Shown here: piece by piece, positions 39,501-48,405 of the stretch
Layout: each line of letters begins with the position of its first letter
Numbering within the stretch: position 1 is the first letter of the stretch
Origin: a virus
Reading direction: 5' to 3' (one strand)
Virus record (IMG/VR): IMGVR_UViG_3300045922_000122
Span: 21,622-85,621 of that record
Length of the DNA stretch: 64,000 bases
Program-made: the position numbers and the translations under genes
The notes under the pieces: generated by a model
What the model was told of the DNA's origin: nothing
The model's input: only the letters and a program-made list of their open reading frames with translations
The model's database searches: none

Positions 39501-40848
39501 GAAACCTTTTACAATTTATATCTTGAGCTACTCCTAAATGATTTGTAGTATCTCTGTAACCTCCGCTTATTATATTAGCTTCAGTTAAGTTACTTAATGC
39601 AGGTATATGAAATCCTTCTGTAATAGTACCATCTATTAATTCTAAGTGTATATAAAAAGCATATACTTCTCTAGGTTGAAATGTCTTTTCAATATGATTA
39701 AACTCATGTTTTGCTGTTGAATTTTGCTGACCTACATATTTCTGTTTTGCAACCCATTTTATCCTTACTTTATTGGCATACTTTTGAAAATCTCTGAATT
39801 GATTTATTTTTACTCTTGCAGCATAAAGTCTTTTTACAACTTGTGTAAAAGCATAAACTTTAGTAAAAGTTATTGTAGGAGTAATTAAAGATTTATAATC
39901 TACATCTATTCCTTTATCATTAGTTAAAGTTACATTTATAGTGGAATTTCCTGATATAGTTACATCTTTTAATTCTTTACCATAAAGTACACCTTGACGT
40001 TTTATAATAGCATAAATTTTTATTCCTTTAAAAGTAGTATTTACTCCAGTTAAAGTTATGTTTATAGATTTTGAAGTTATCTTATCTTCTAAATCTCCTT
40101 GAACAGAATCTATACTAGAATTGGTATTACCTAAAGCAGATTCATATATATATATAGGATTAACAGTATTTAGTCCATTAGTAATAGCAAAATCTTCTGT
40201 ATAATATTTATATACTAAATAATAAGTACCATTAGGTAAATTACCACCAAAATCAGATATAGAAGTAACATTAGTATTAGGATTAGATAAATCAGGAAAC
40301 ATTAATATACTATTAATGTTAAATACGTTAGATAAAGCTGGATTAGCTAGAAAATTATCTACATTAATAAGCATAGGCTTATTATTATAATCAGTAGCAG
40401 CTACAATAGTCTGACCTAAATAATTTTTAGTATAATCTCCAGTAACAGGAAATTCTAAGCTAAAATTTAATTTGTTATTACTGCTAAATAAAATATCTCT
40501 TATTAATGGTATATATTTACCTTCTTCATCTAGTAATCCTATTTCACTATGAGTTGCATTGTTAATAGGTAAAGTATTATTATATAAAACAGAAAATATT
40601 AAAAATCTATCTTTATCTAATTGTACTTCTCCGCATTGTTTTCTGTAATAATTAACTCCTCCAGTACCTTGTACGGCTAAAGCATATTTATTTTGTCTAT
40701 TAGTTCCTTTTTTTTGAAAAGCTTTAAAACCACCTTCATTTATTGCTGCTCCTATAAGTTTAGAATTAATTCCATTTTTAGCATCAATTCCAAAACCTTC
40801 AGGCATATCTGAATTAGGAACATCTCTATTTAATCCTATATATTTCAT
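36514..40848 (-). CDS. Tail muzzle / stabilization protein (crAss-type)
   Basis: 1444 aa, beta-rich; N-terminal GLNRD, EVYAFYIH..G..S/T.GFHIP, PIRHHRFP and FTISY...FHDY motifs; located after the ring proteins. Confidence 0.8.
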   Translation of the reverse strand: MKYIGLNRDVPNSDMPEGFGIDAKNGINSKLIGAAINEGGFKAFQKKGTNRQNKYALAVQGTGGVNYYRKQCGEVQLDKDRFLIFSVLYNNTLPINNATHSEIGLLDEEGKYIPLIRDILFSSNNKLNFSLEFPVTGDYTKNYLGQTIVAATDYNNKPMLINVDNFLANPALSNVFNINSILMFPDLSNPNTNVTSISDFGGNLPNGTYYLVYKYYTEDFAITNGLNTVNPIYIYESALGNTNSSIDSVQGDLEDKITSKSINITLTGVNTTFKGIKIYAIIKRQGVLYGKELKDVTISGNSTINVTLTNDKGIDVDYKSLITPTITFTKVYAFTQVVKRLYAARVKINQFRDFQKYANKVRIKWVAKQKYVGQQNSTAKHEFNHIEKTFQPREVYAFYIHLELIDGTITEGFHIPALSNLTEANIISGGYRDTTNHLGVAQDINCKRFQVEDTCSILTPTSPLAVGEMGLWENTETYPNLPEYDSSGIGGIDLRNKPIRHHRFPSINFFRENLCFNISPANNDALGITWLPTLGIKVENVDIPNNIKPFVKSWFISYAKRDYNNSTVIGSSAIAFQSTARQSYSGVAMYDKSWYSGANYIFYEDYNNSNSDFFVEPFTPFVLNRDSNYNIQNALIRFYDLNLLKNTPDINPVFISNELLLNTGIATVPNSIQHNGQNKKQVALTYDYSGLIGTNNYQKSYRTSQVEVSDTNTFTPNSNNINIDVRIRKINSYKYLVKNSNSGNELNELLEDTLLVDVNCSTPSPSNKVNHNKTFPIETINTGSIYPNNINFRSASTFNGIYNQTYLSFLMALPNNVYENMFDQTLVNTGIYYDKNNNISGNIFKGDCFNTISSFHTTGWGGITSNNLHKPIGQNFAGVRALWVYPNISLINYALRTSNGNKPELQFYPKNGSQYHMHIDSYVIETNKQYNMDYSSINDIKPLLCYNPYLKNIDEFPYRIHRTIAEQSESTDIGWKTWLVNDYYEIPRNKGVITNIQGVDRNLIINTENSTFITVGNEQLNIGNSTAFIGAGNIFERPAMEYVPSKEGSIGNLDRFSCLLSSFGYLFVDRKKGAVVLIGETPQIISLSGMSRWLFENLDIKTRTFTNINRTATVPDNPYSGFGIHCGIDYEFNRFIITKKYYELTEAGKTAFEANVGTRLRFENNIWVLYSPLGTKVEVGYDNTTYFINKSFTISYDISNKVFTYFHDYFPIRYMVRRQSLIAVSNKIIETDNSISPPIINFSFIYSSNHFIMNQDNKGIYENTVITDVDNPVSETATPYEFSITPVIGFKTNRVQLVNLSFQTDSILSELKGLGAEGRYQNTPPTTILVFNSYQSTPIQNTVVLLSPSNLFSSNIRLIKGLWNFNKLKDWLAINVFNSGQPFITEFSKLDTSKIDLNKPKSQITPLVDQWFAIKLSYNNALNLQKSKEFRILHIEISILPVTR

Positions 40849-40853
40849 TATAA

Positions 40854-41753
40854 TTAATATATAAATCCTGTTAATTGTTCTGTTTTATCAAATAATTGAA
40901 TAGGTAAATCTCTTCTAAATCTAGCTTGTTCCCACATTCTTGTAAATCTTTCAGCTTCTTGTATAGAAGGTATTCTTACATTATTTGCAGCTCTTGCTCT
41001 CCAACCCATAGGTTCTATTTTAGAACCTCCCCAAAACATAGCATAAGCGTCTTGATAATTCATAAAAGGATGTTTATATCCTTTTTGCATAAGCATTAAT
41101 AATATATACCATTCTATTGCTTGTATATAATATTCATTATCTAAAACTCTTATAAATCCTTCATCGTCTACAGGAAAAGCAGTATATAAAATATCTATAT
41201 AACCTGACTCAAAAGAAGTTTGTAAATAATCTAATTTAGTATTATAATAATCTCCTTTAACTGAAGAACCTCTATTTATTTGATATTGAGCAGAAGCACT
41301 TATAAACTTTTCTTTAGCATCTATTTTAAAAGCTACTTCATTTATTTTATCTGCTAATTCTTGTGTAGGAGTAATAGCATAAGCAGCAATAAGTTGTTGA
41401 CTTTGTTGTTTAAGTTTATTTATTTCTAAAATTAAATATTGTGAAGCTATAGGTTCTATACTACTAAGATTTCTAGTCATAGGTATTCCAGCTAAATTAC
41501 TACCTAAAGGTAATAAAAATCCTTTATATAGTACAGCTAACAACCCTTCCATATAAGCAGGATAACAAGTTTTATAATTTTCTACAAATACATTTGTACA
41601 AATCTTTATTTCAAATCCTGCATGTTTACCTATAAATCTAACAGCTTGAGCAACCCAATCTTTAGCATCGTTGACCCAAGCTGAATTATTTATAGTATGA
41701 TTTGCAAAAAGTCTTTGTATTATGTAATTAGATGATATTGTTTTTACTTGCAT
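40854..41753 (-). CDS. Tail ring / tubular protein
   Basis: 299 aa; YTAFPVDDEG...DNEYYIQAIEWYI motif; upstream of the muzzle gene. Confidence 0.7.
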   Translation of the reverse strand: MQVKTISSNYIIQRLFANHTINNSAWVNDAKDWVAQAVRFIGKHAGFEIKICTNVFVENYKTCYPAYMEGLLAVLYKGFLLPLGSNLAGIPMTRNLSSIEPIASQYLILEINKLKQQSQQLIAAYAITPTQELADKINEVAFKIDAKEKFISASAQYQINRGSSVKGDYYNTKLDYLQTSFESGYIDILYTAFPVDDEGFIRVLDNEYYIQAIEWYILLMLMQKGYKHPFMNYQDAYAMFWGGSKIEPMGWRARAANNVRIPSIQEAERFTRMWEQARFRRDLPIQLFDKTEQLTGFIY

Positions 41754-42312
41754 TGTCTAAAGGTATATTAAGTCTATTAACTAATCCTTGCTTTTCGTAA
41801 TTCATAAATCTTTTTAAAGCTTTTGTATTTTGTTTCTTTATCCAAGCTGTTAAACTTCCAGGTTTATATCTACCATCTTCATTATGTAAAACTCTAACGT
41901 GCATTTCCATTATTACATAATAAGGGTCTGTATGAAAAACCATCCATAGTTCACCATCATCAAATATAGGCATACCTTCTGGACTAGTATCAATCCTAGT
42001 AGCAAGTTTACCTCCTCTGGCTAATATTTCAGCTTTTCTTTTATTAGATTCACCAAAATTTACAGCCATTTTACTAAAATTTCTTTCTACTCTAACAAAT
42101 CTAACATCAAATAATCCTGCTAAATCAAAAGTATAGTTTTCTAGTATCATTTTATCTAATACTTCATCATATACTCCTTTTAAAAATTTATTAATTGTAG
42201 ATTCTTTTAGTTTAGTATCTGTAGTTTTTACATAATTTTTTGTAAATATACCTAAAGTGTATATACCTTTTCTAAGCTGTTCCATCTTCGTTAACTTTAA
42301 TTTGTCTATCAT
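41728..42312 (-). CDS. IHF/HU-like protein of the crAss tail module
   Basis: Helix followed by FDLAGLFDVRFVR and VNFGES; crAss-like gene order. Confidence 0.5.
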   Translation of the reverse strand: MIDKLKLTKMEQLRKGIYTLGIFTKNYVKTTDTKLKESTINKFLKGVYDEVLDKMILENYTFDLAGLFDVRFVRVERNFSKMAVNFGESNKRKAEILARGGKLATRIDTSPEGMPIFDDGELWMVFHTDPYYVIMEMHVRVLHNEDGRYKPGSLTAWIKKQNTKALKRFMNYEKQGLVNRLNIPLDNASKNNII

Positions 42313-42916
42313 TATTAGGAGCTATTTTTGGTAAAACCATTTTTGTAATTGCATCTTCCCAATGTCCTTCTATAAAAGAATTACTTTCTAAATCAAAACA
42401 AGGTTTATTTGTTTCACAATCTATAAATTCTGTTAATTCTACTGGATTAGCAGGTACATATCTAATTCTAGATTTTTCTAAACCATTAACATTAAAATAT
42501 ACTAGTCTTTTATTTATCCATGTATAGTAAGGTAATTTAGAAGTAAACTTTCTATATTTTATTAAAGGTACTTCTGAAGGTTTTAAATAACCAAAAGGAA
42601 ACATACCTATAATATCTCCTACAAATTCAAATATAACTTCATCTTTTACATCTATAGGTAAAGGTATTTCTTTTTTACTTATTACTAAATTACATCCTAA
42701 ATCTATACCACAACATTCTGTACTAGATTTTTCTTCTACTTCTATACATAAACTAACTAAAGAACTTGTAGGAAAAGTTCTAGTTTTTTCATATTGTTGT
42801 CTTATTAAAGCTTGTCTTGCAGTTATAATTAATTCTCTAGCTTTAACTTGAGTAGGATAATCAAATGGTTTTCCTGCAATATCTGAAAGTATAGCTATAT
42901 AAGTTGATAAATTCAT
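42272..42916 (-). CDS. Tail ring protein
   Basis: Probable start at MNLSTY (42916, ATGA overlap); SKKEIP..IP..KYRKFT..P motifs; ends in TAG. Confidence 0.65.
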   Translation of the reverse strand: MNLSTYIAILSDIAGKPFDYPTQVKARELIITARQALIRQQYEKTRTFPTSSLVSLCIEVEEKSSTECCGIDLGCNLVISKKEIPLPIDVKDEVIFEFVGDIIGMFPFGYLKPSEVPLIKYRKFTSKLPYYTWINKRLVYFNVNGLEKSRIRYVPANPVELTEFIDCETNKPCFDLESNSFIEGHWEDAITKMVLPKIAPNNDRQIKVNEDGTA

Positions 42917-43308
42917 AGTAATTGTATAATTAATAGAGTTTCTAAAAATAACAATATTGATAGCCCATAACAAATGTTAGTTAATCTGTTATTCTTTTTA
43001 ACTTCTGTTGTATATTTAGTATTTAAAATATTAAATTCTGTTTTATACCTATTTATTTCTTTTTTCGATTCGTTATGAGCAGAATCTTTTACTGAATAAC
43101 GTATACTCATATCTCTAATTATAGTATCTTTTTCTTTACTATTTTCTTCACAATCTTTTAAATCTCTTATAAGTAATCTTATTATTTTTTTATCATCTTT
43201 ACTTAAACAATCCAGCGTACCTTTGTTTTGCCCATTCAAATTCAATGGCAAATAAACTATCTGTAGTAATACTATCTGAATTAATAATATCTTTTTTTGC
43301 TTTTTCAT
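42913..43308 (-). CDS. Spanin-like protein (signal peptide, coiled coil, C-terminal TM)
   Basis: Overlaps the upstream gene by 110 nt; N-terminal hydrophobic signal ending NG|Q; C-terminal hydrophobic helix. Confidence 0.5.
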   Translation of the reverse strand: MKKQKKILLIQIVLLQIVYLPLNLNGQNKGTLDCLSKDDKKIIRLLIRDLKDCEENSKEKDTIIRDMSIRYSVKDSAHNESKKEINRYKTEFNILNTKYTTEVKKNNRLTNICYGLSILLFLETLLIIQLL

Positions 43309-43558
43309 TTTTATATATATTAGTAATGTAAGTGTTATTTATTCTTGCCGATAAAGAGCGATTAAGAGCAGAGTCTATTTTTTCATAATATAACTGTTTT
43401 AAGTCATACATTTTTTCAGCTTCATTATATTTCATTTCATATCTTTCTTTTTCTTTAATTATTAAATGCAATTTCCAATTTAAATATAAATTAACAATTA
43501 AAGATAGTATAAGTATAATTGTAGCAAATAATACTATTATTTTGGTTATTTTTTCCAT
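43199..43558 (-). CDS. i-spanin-like protein (N-terminal TM plus coiled coil)
   Basis: IIVLFATIILILSLIVNLYL followed by a helical region; located in the lysis cassette. Confidence 0.55.
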   Translation of the reverse strand: MEKITKIIVLFATIILILSLIVNLYLNWKLHLIIKEKERYEMKYNEAEKMYDLKQLYYEKIDSALNRSLSARINNTYITNIYKNEKAKKDIINSDSITTDSLFAIEFEWAKQRYAGLFK

Positions 43559-43566
43559 AATTAAAT

Positions 43567-44082
43567 TTATTTAAAATAGTATTCAATATCATTAGGTGCA
43601 GTTCTATTTCCACCAAAATAACCAGGAAGTTTAATAGATATACTTGTAGGTCTTTTCATTGTTTCGGTCATTCTTGTAAGTATGATTTTGTCATCATATT
43701 TATCTTTTACCATTAGCATATATCCTGACCTTATCTTTGATATTTTAACAACATAAGTTCTACCTGATATTATTGAGACCCCATCTTTTGTAACGTGTCT
43801 TTTACCGTTAACATAAGTATAACTCGCTATTTGAAACTTGCCGTTTACATATCTCCACCCAACTCTGCAACTTTGTATATGAGCAGGATTTTTCAATTTA
43901 CCATTGAGAAATAACTTGAAGTCCGCTATTCCTGCAAGTTTATTCAAATCATATTGGTCTTCTGACTTCAAATCGTACTTTGCAGTTTCGCAAAATGAAA
44001 ACTCAAAGCAGTATTTGTTCCTGAATAGTAACCCATACAATTGATTACTCCAATGATTTCCTTTTTTAATTTTTACTATCAT
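43567..44082 (-). CDS. Hypothetical beta-rich protein in the lysis cassette
   Basis: Probable start at MIVKIKKG; DLNKLAG...SCRVGWR...PGYFGGNRTAP motifs. Confidence 0.7.
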   Translation of the reverse strand: MIVKIKKGNHWSNQLYGLLFRNKYCFEFSFCETAKYDLKSEDQYDLNKLAGIADFKLFLNGKLKNPAHIQSCRVGWRYVNGKFQIASYTYVNGKRHVTKDGVSIISGRTYVVKISKIRSGYMLMVKDKYDDKIILTRMTETMKRPTSISIKLPGYFGGNRTAPNDIEYYFK

Positions 44083-44083
44083 G

Positions 44084-44638
44084 TTATCTCCATTTACTAA
44101 AAACACTTATACCTTTTCGCATCCTTCTTTTTTTCCAAAAGCCATACCCATTTCTATCAGCTTCGCTGCCTATTGCAGCAGTAGGGCTTGTGTTACCTTC
44201 GATTGTGATTATGTAAGTAGGCTTCTTTTGAAGTACATAACCAACGTGTCCAATCCTGCCTAAATTCTGGTAGTACAATCCAAAGAAGTAAAACCCGCTA
44301 TCTTGAACCTGACTATAATCAACAACTTTACTTTTGGGAAACCAGCTTGGTGTCCATACATTACCGTATGGCTTCAATCCGCATACTACAAACCCATGCA
44401 CCATAAATGCCGCACAATATGAAGCCCTACTCTTTGGGTTTAATCCTGCACTTTTTAATACTGCTTCAACGTAAATTCCGTCATTCCTTCCTGTTAGTTC
44501 GGTTTTACCTATGAATTTTGATAATTCATTGATAAAACATTTAGCTTCACTTGTTACAGTGCTGCGGCAATAACCAACGCTGACAAGGCTAAGTAATAGA
44601 TACAGCGCACTGCTAAGGAGTATTTTCGTATTTCCCAT
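44084..44638 (-). CDS. Endolysin, CHAP/NlpC-like cysteine peptidase with N-terminal hydrophobic signal
   Basis: GKTELTGRNDG, SYCAAF, GHVGYV and TIEGNT (Cys-His-Glu/Asn). Confidence 0.85.
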   Translation of the reverse strand: MGNTKILLSSALYLLLSLVSVGYCRSTVTSEAKCFINELSKFIGKTELTGRNDGIYVEAVLKSAGLNPKSRASYCAAFMVHGFVVCGLKPYGNVWTPSWFPKSKVVDYSQVQDSGFYFFGLYYQNLGRIGHVGYVLQKKPTYIITIEGNTSPTAAIGSEADRNGYGFWKKRRMRKGISVFSKWR

Positions 44639-44913
44639 GCCGTAAGTTCGTTTAACTTATTTTGGTTGTAGTTGTTTTTGTACGCCCGATAAAGTGAAGG
44701 GTAATTAAATGCCATCATCAGTTGCACTAATCCTTCAAATACCACAATTCCGGCAATAACAAATATTATCTTTTGATATTGCCCAACTGTTAACACCTCT
44801 GCCGTTGGGTCTAATACGTGTATAAATTGTGGGCTGTAATAGAATATTAACAACCCTACTGGTGTCATCCAAAGGTTTGAGTAAAACCTTAACCAATTAA
44901 TTAATTTTTTCAT
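44554..44913 (-). CDS. Putative holin (3 TM)
   Basis: Three hydrophobic segments; overlaps the endolysin gene. Confidence 0.6.
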   Translation of the reverse strand: MKKLINWLRFYSNLWMTPVGLLIFYYSPQFIHVLDPTAEVLTVGQYQKIIFVIAGIVVFEGLVQLMMAFNYPSLYRAYKNNYNQNKLNELTAWEIRKYSLAVRCIYYLALSALVIAAAL

Positions 44914-44916
44914 GTT

Positions 44917-45192
44917 TTAATCCTCGTATTTTCTTTTAATTTTGGTTTCTTTTGGCAGTATCATTTCTTTAAGTATAACTAACTTTTCGTCTTGTTCTTT
45001 TTCTTTTTGAGTATGAGCTTCTACATTAGTTTCTAACTTATCTAACCTGTATCTAATTAAACTATACTCTGCCTTTATTTCGGCCAAATCATTCTTAATT
45101 GATATTATCCCGCCAACTAAGGCAACACCAACTAAGTTTAATATCCAATCCTTGAATTTGTTAAAGGTTTCCATTTGTTTGTATTGGTTCAA
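44917..45192 (-). CDS. Single-TM coiled-coil protein (holin/antiholin-like)
   Basis: WILNLVGVALVGGIISI followed by a coiled coil. Confidence 0.55.
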   Translation of the reverse strand: MNQYKQMETFNKFKDWILNLVGVALVGGIISIKNDLAEIKAEYSLIRYRLDKLETNVEAHTQKEKEQDEKLVILKEMILPKETKIKRKYED

Positions 45193-45415
45193 ATTCTATA
45201 TTATCAAAACTTACACAGTCATTTATATCTACTAAACTAACTACTTCGGGATTTACCACAAACCAGTAGTTGCCATGTTTGTCAATGATAGGTTTAGCGT
45301 ATTGTTCCGTACCTTCATTAGGCATACCAAGTAATTGCCCAGCTTGTTGGTTTAACTGATTAAATTCAGCTTGAGTTGAACATTGATAGAATAGAGGGTA
45401 ATTAACTTCATTCAT
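45161..45415 (-). CDS. Small protein following the fibre gene (possible fibre chaperone)
   Basis: 84 aa; position directly downstream of the fibre gene. Confidence 0.5.
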   Translation of the reverse strand: MNEVNYPLFYQCSTQAEFNQLNQQAGQLLGMPNEGTEQYAKPIIDKHGNYWFVVNPEVVSLVDINDCVSFDNIEFEPIQTNGNL

Positions 45416-45419
45416 AATT

Positions 45420-47033
45420 TTACAAGTTAAATTTTGTTTTCAATAAATTGTAAATTGCTGTGCGTTCTGCTGTGGTTAATATACCACTAATTACTATATC
45501 TCCTAAAAATAGGGTATTACTCCAAACTAAACCTGCATTATTTCGGGCTAATATATTGTACCCTGTACCGTTCATATTACCTGTATTATCAGCAGCTGCA
45601 AATTGCTGAATAGTTGTTGCTGCTACATTATTACTATACAATAATGTTTCAGGATTCGGTCTTGAAAAATCCCAGTCTCCCATAATTATTTGAACGTTTA
45701 AATTGCTGTTATTATAACTTGATACATTTTGACCTACATTTGCATTGACCCCAAATGAAAATGATGAATTATTAAGGTCGTTTATAGCAGCAGAAAAACC
45801 TTGATTTGAATTAAAGTTATTAGACAATTCTGTTAATACCCCAATAGCACTGTTTGAATTGCTGAATTTTCTAAACACAATAAAAATAGTAAATGCTCCT
45901 TCATTTATATTTAAACTTGGGGCTTGCATACCGTATGATGTTCCATCTCCTTGTATCATCGTCTTATCAACAACAGTAGCCTTTAACCCTGTTGTATTTG
46001 TATTTGTGCTTATTGTCCATGTTTCACCAGTAGCACTTACCCAACTATTTTGATTGTTGGCTCTGTTGTATTCATTCGGATTGAAGTCAACTAATACCGT
46101 GCCGTTAAAATCTTCACTTAACACAACTCTATAAATATATCCGCCTAATAATCTTGTGACTGAATTAACATTCATTAAAGCTCCTATACATAGAACATCT
46201 GGAGTTGCGTGAAGTGTTGGCACGGGAAATTGCGCTACTCCACTTTCATTTGTTGTCCAATTAATTGAATTAATATCGGTATCTACACTGTCATTAGATA
46301 ATCTGAACGTGTAATTACCTGAAACTGTATCAAACGTAAACCCAACCCAACCTGTATATACAGTACCGAATGTGGGTAACAAGTTGCTTGATGTTATTAC
46401 CCGAACAACACCAGCATTAATATCCCGATACACAAATCTTATTGTTCTATCTTGAAAACCTAATGCGTAATTGTCATTATTCCCCGCATTACCTTTACCA
46501 AGAATACATTTAGTAACTCCGATTGTGTTCCTTGACAGATAAGATACATAAGCAACAATGTTTATTTTGTTTGTAAAAGTATTTGCGGCTGAACTTGGTG
46601 TGGTAAAGTGATTAAAGCCAGTGGTAAAATCTGGTATGTAAGCATAATTTTGCCCTGTATGTCTTAATAATAGGGGTTGAGCAGTAGCTGTATTTTGAAC
46701 CACATCACCGACCGCCCCACACAAGTTGTATATCTTTGAACAAGCCCTACCGCCGGCAGTCTGACCAGTTCCGGTAGCATTTTTGTTACCCCAATGGGGT
46801 ATTAACATACTCTTGACACGCGAATGGATATCAGTAGTGCCAAGGATTGTTTTAAGTTGTTTGATTGTTTTATTAATGTCCGCTTTAACGCTATTGCTTA
46901 TAATAGCTCCATCTGCTTCCATTCTGTCAATAAACGCTTGCGCTTGCGGGTCTATCAGCCCTCCAACTTTAAAAGTTCTAAATCTACTTCTTACATTAGA
47001 CCTAGATGTTCTAGCTTTATTTTTTAAAAGCAT
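45420..47033 (-). CDS. Putative tail fibre / receptor-binding protein with lectin (LamG-like) beta domains
   Basis: DPQAQAFIDR N-terminus; N/T/G-rich beta strands; C-terminal LTTAERTAIYNLLKTKF helix; elevated GC. Confidence 0.65.
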   Translation of the reverse strand: MLLKNKARTSRSNVRSRFRTFKVGGLIDPQAQAFIDRMEADGAIISNSVKADINKTIKQLKTILGTTDIHSRVKSMLIPHWGNKNATGTGQTAGGRACSKIYNLCGAVGDVVQNTATAQPLLLRHTGQNYAYIPDFTTGFNHFTTPSSAANTFTNKINIVAYVSYLSRNTIGVTKCILGKGNAGNNDNYALGFQDRTIRFVYRDINAGVVRVITSSNLLPTFGTVYTGWVGFTFDTVSGNYTFRLSNDSVDTDINSINWTTNESGVAQFPVPTLHATPDVLCIGALMNVNSVTRLLGGYIYRVVLSEDFNGTVLVDFNPNEYNRANNQNSWVSATGETWTISTNTNTTGLKATVVDKTMIQGDGTSYGMQAPSLNINEGAFTIFIVFRKFSNSNSAIGVLTELSNNFNSNQGFSAAINDLNNSSFSFGVNANVGQNVSSYNNSNLNVQIIMGDWDFSRPNPETLLYSNNVAATTIQQFAAADNTGNMNGTGYNILARNNAGLVWSNTLFLGDIVISGILTTAERTAIYNLLKTKFNL

Positions 47034-47037
47034 ATTT

Positions 47038-47328
47038 TTATTTTTCTATTAATAAGTGAACAGTAATACTACCATTACCTGTTTTTCTAGCTAATTTTAT
47101 ATCAGATAATTTTTTAACCATTATAACTCTATCTTCTCCATCTAAAATTGGAAAATCGTCTGTATTATTAGGTATTACTAATATATCTTCACCTGACCTA
47201 TTTTTAACTTCTACTAATTTACAGTCTATATCGCCACCATTTATAGTAGGTGTTACAAAAGTAGTATTTGTTAGAGTTTGCTTTAAACAATAAGTTACAT
47301 CAGTAACTAATTTATCTAAAATTTCCAT
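47038..47328 (-). CDS. Small beta-sandwich structural protein
   Basis: 96 aa; VEVKNRSGEDILV motif; preceded by a promoter-like element. Confidence 0.6.
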   Translation of the reverse strand: MEILDKLVTDVTYCLKQTLTNTTFVTPTINGGDIDCKLVEVKNRSGEDILVIPNNTDDFPILDGEDRVIMVKKLSDIKLARKTGNGSITVHLLIEK

Positions 47329-47334
47329 AGTTTA

Positions 47335-47350
47335 CAAATATAATAAATTT
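47335..47350 (-). promoter_or_regulatory. Bacteroidota-type -7 promoter element
   Basis: AAATTTATTATATTTG on the - strand (TAnnTTTG), intergenic, 6 nt before the ATG. Confidence 0.55.
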
Positions 47351-47373
47351 TATTTAATTTTTTATAAAAATTT

Positions 47374-48402
47374 TTAAACATATACAATTAAAACTGCAAT
47401 ATCTGCATCTACTGTTATGTCTGATGCTCCTGTATTATGAACAATTAAATCAATAGTATTATTACCTACATTTGTCATAGTACCAGTACAATAATGTAGA
47501 GAATAATAAGAATCGCCAGTATCATATTTTATATTAGCAGAATAAAGAGGACCGCTATTATTATTAACTGCAACCTTGTAATTAATAATTGTATCACCTT
47601 GAGGGTCAATTTTAATTCCACCTGTAATGTATAGTTTAAAATTAGTATTTTTAGGTTGGTTTATAGTTAAAGTAGCACAAGTTACTGTATCTCCTGCTCC
47701 TACATTAACATTATCATCAAAAACAGAATTACAATTAGAAACAGCATAAACACTTCCTGCTGTTATTTGAGAATTATCTGATAATGTTAAAATTAAAATT
47801 CCGTCAGTATCTATAATAGCAGAAACTACAGAAATTCCATTTGTTCCATTTTGACCAGCTGGACCTTGAGGACCTTGTGGTCCAGTTTGACCTACAGGAC
47901 CTTGTGGACCTTGAGGACCAACAGGACCAGCTGGACCAGTAGGACCTATCTGTCCTTGAGGTCCTTGAGGTCCAGTTAAACCAGTAGGACCCATTGGACC
48001 AGGAGGACCAGCTGGGCCATCATCTCCTTTATTAACTGTAATTACAGAACCATCTGAGAAAGTAATTAAAGTATTACCTAAGTTATCATTAGTAGAACTT
48101 ACTATTGTTATAGATTGTCCATTTTGACCAGGAGGACCAGGAGGTCCTTGTATTCCTACTCCAGCTGGACCTTGAGGACCTTGTGGTCCAGGATTACCTT
48201 TTTGAACAATTATTTTAGTATTATCAGATAAAATAAAATAAGAATCTCCATTAGGTTCATAACCAGTTTCTATTACTTTAAGTTCTGGACAATCACAACC
48301 ATTGTCTTTTTCTTTATTAATAGAAGGAAATATATCAAATCCAACTGACTTTGTTTGAGGTGTACTATTTTTATTAGTTTTACCAAATATGTTAAATTTC
48401 AT
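47374..48402 (-). CDS. Collagen-like fibre protein
   Basis: Two Gly-X-Y tracts (GPQGPAG...) and a C-terminal beta domain. Confidence 0.85.
   Translation of the reverse strand: MKFNIFGKTNKNSTPQTKSVGFDIFPSINKEKDNGCDCPELKVIETGYEPNGDSYFILSDNTKIIVQKGNPGPQGPQGPAGVGIQGPPGPPGQNGQSITIVSSTNDNLGNTLITFSDGSVITVNKGDDGPAGPPGPMGPTGLTGPQGPQGQIGPTGPAGPVGPQGPQGPVGQTGPQGPQGPAGQNGTNGISVVSAIIDTDGILILTLSDNSQITAGSVYAVSNCNSVFDDNVNVGAGDTVTCATLTINQPKNTNFKLYITGGIKIDPQGDTIINYKVAVNNNSGPLYSANIKYDTGDSYYSLHYCTGTMTNVGNNTIDLIVHNTGASDITVDADIAVLIVYV
47846..48200 (-). repeat. 9-bp-period collagen (GGT CCw nnn) repeats
   Basis: Recurrent ggacc on the + strand in two blocks (about 47846-48025 and 48120-48200). Confidence 0.85.
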
Positions 48403-48405
48403 TTT

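Noticed and set aside
47846-48200. Periodic repeats as a possible CRISPR array or DGR repeat
   Set aside because: The 9-bp period encodes Gly-X-Y collagen. There are no unique spacers, no cas genes and no reverse transcriptase in the window.
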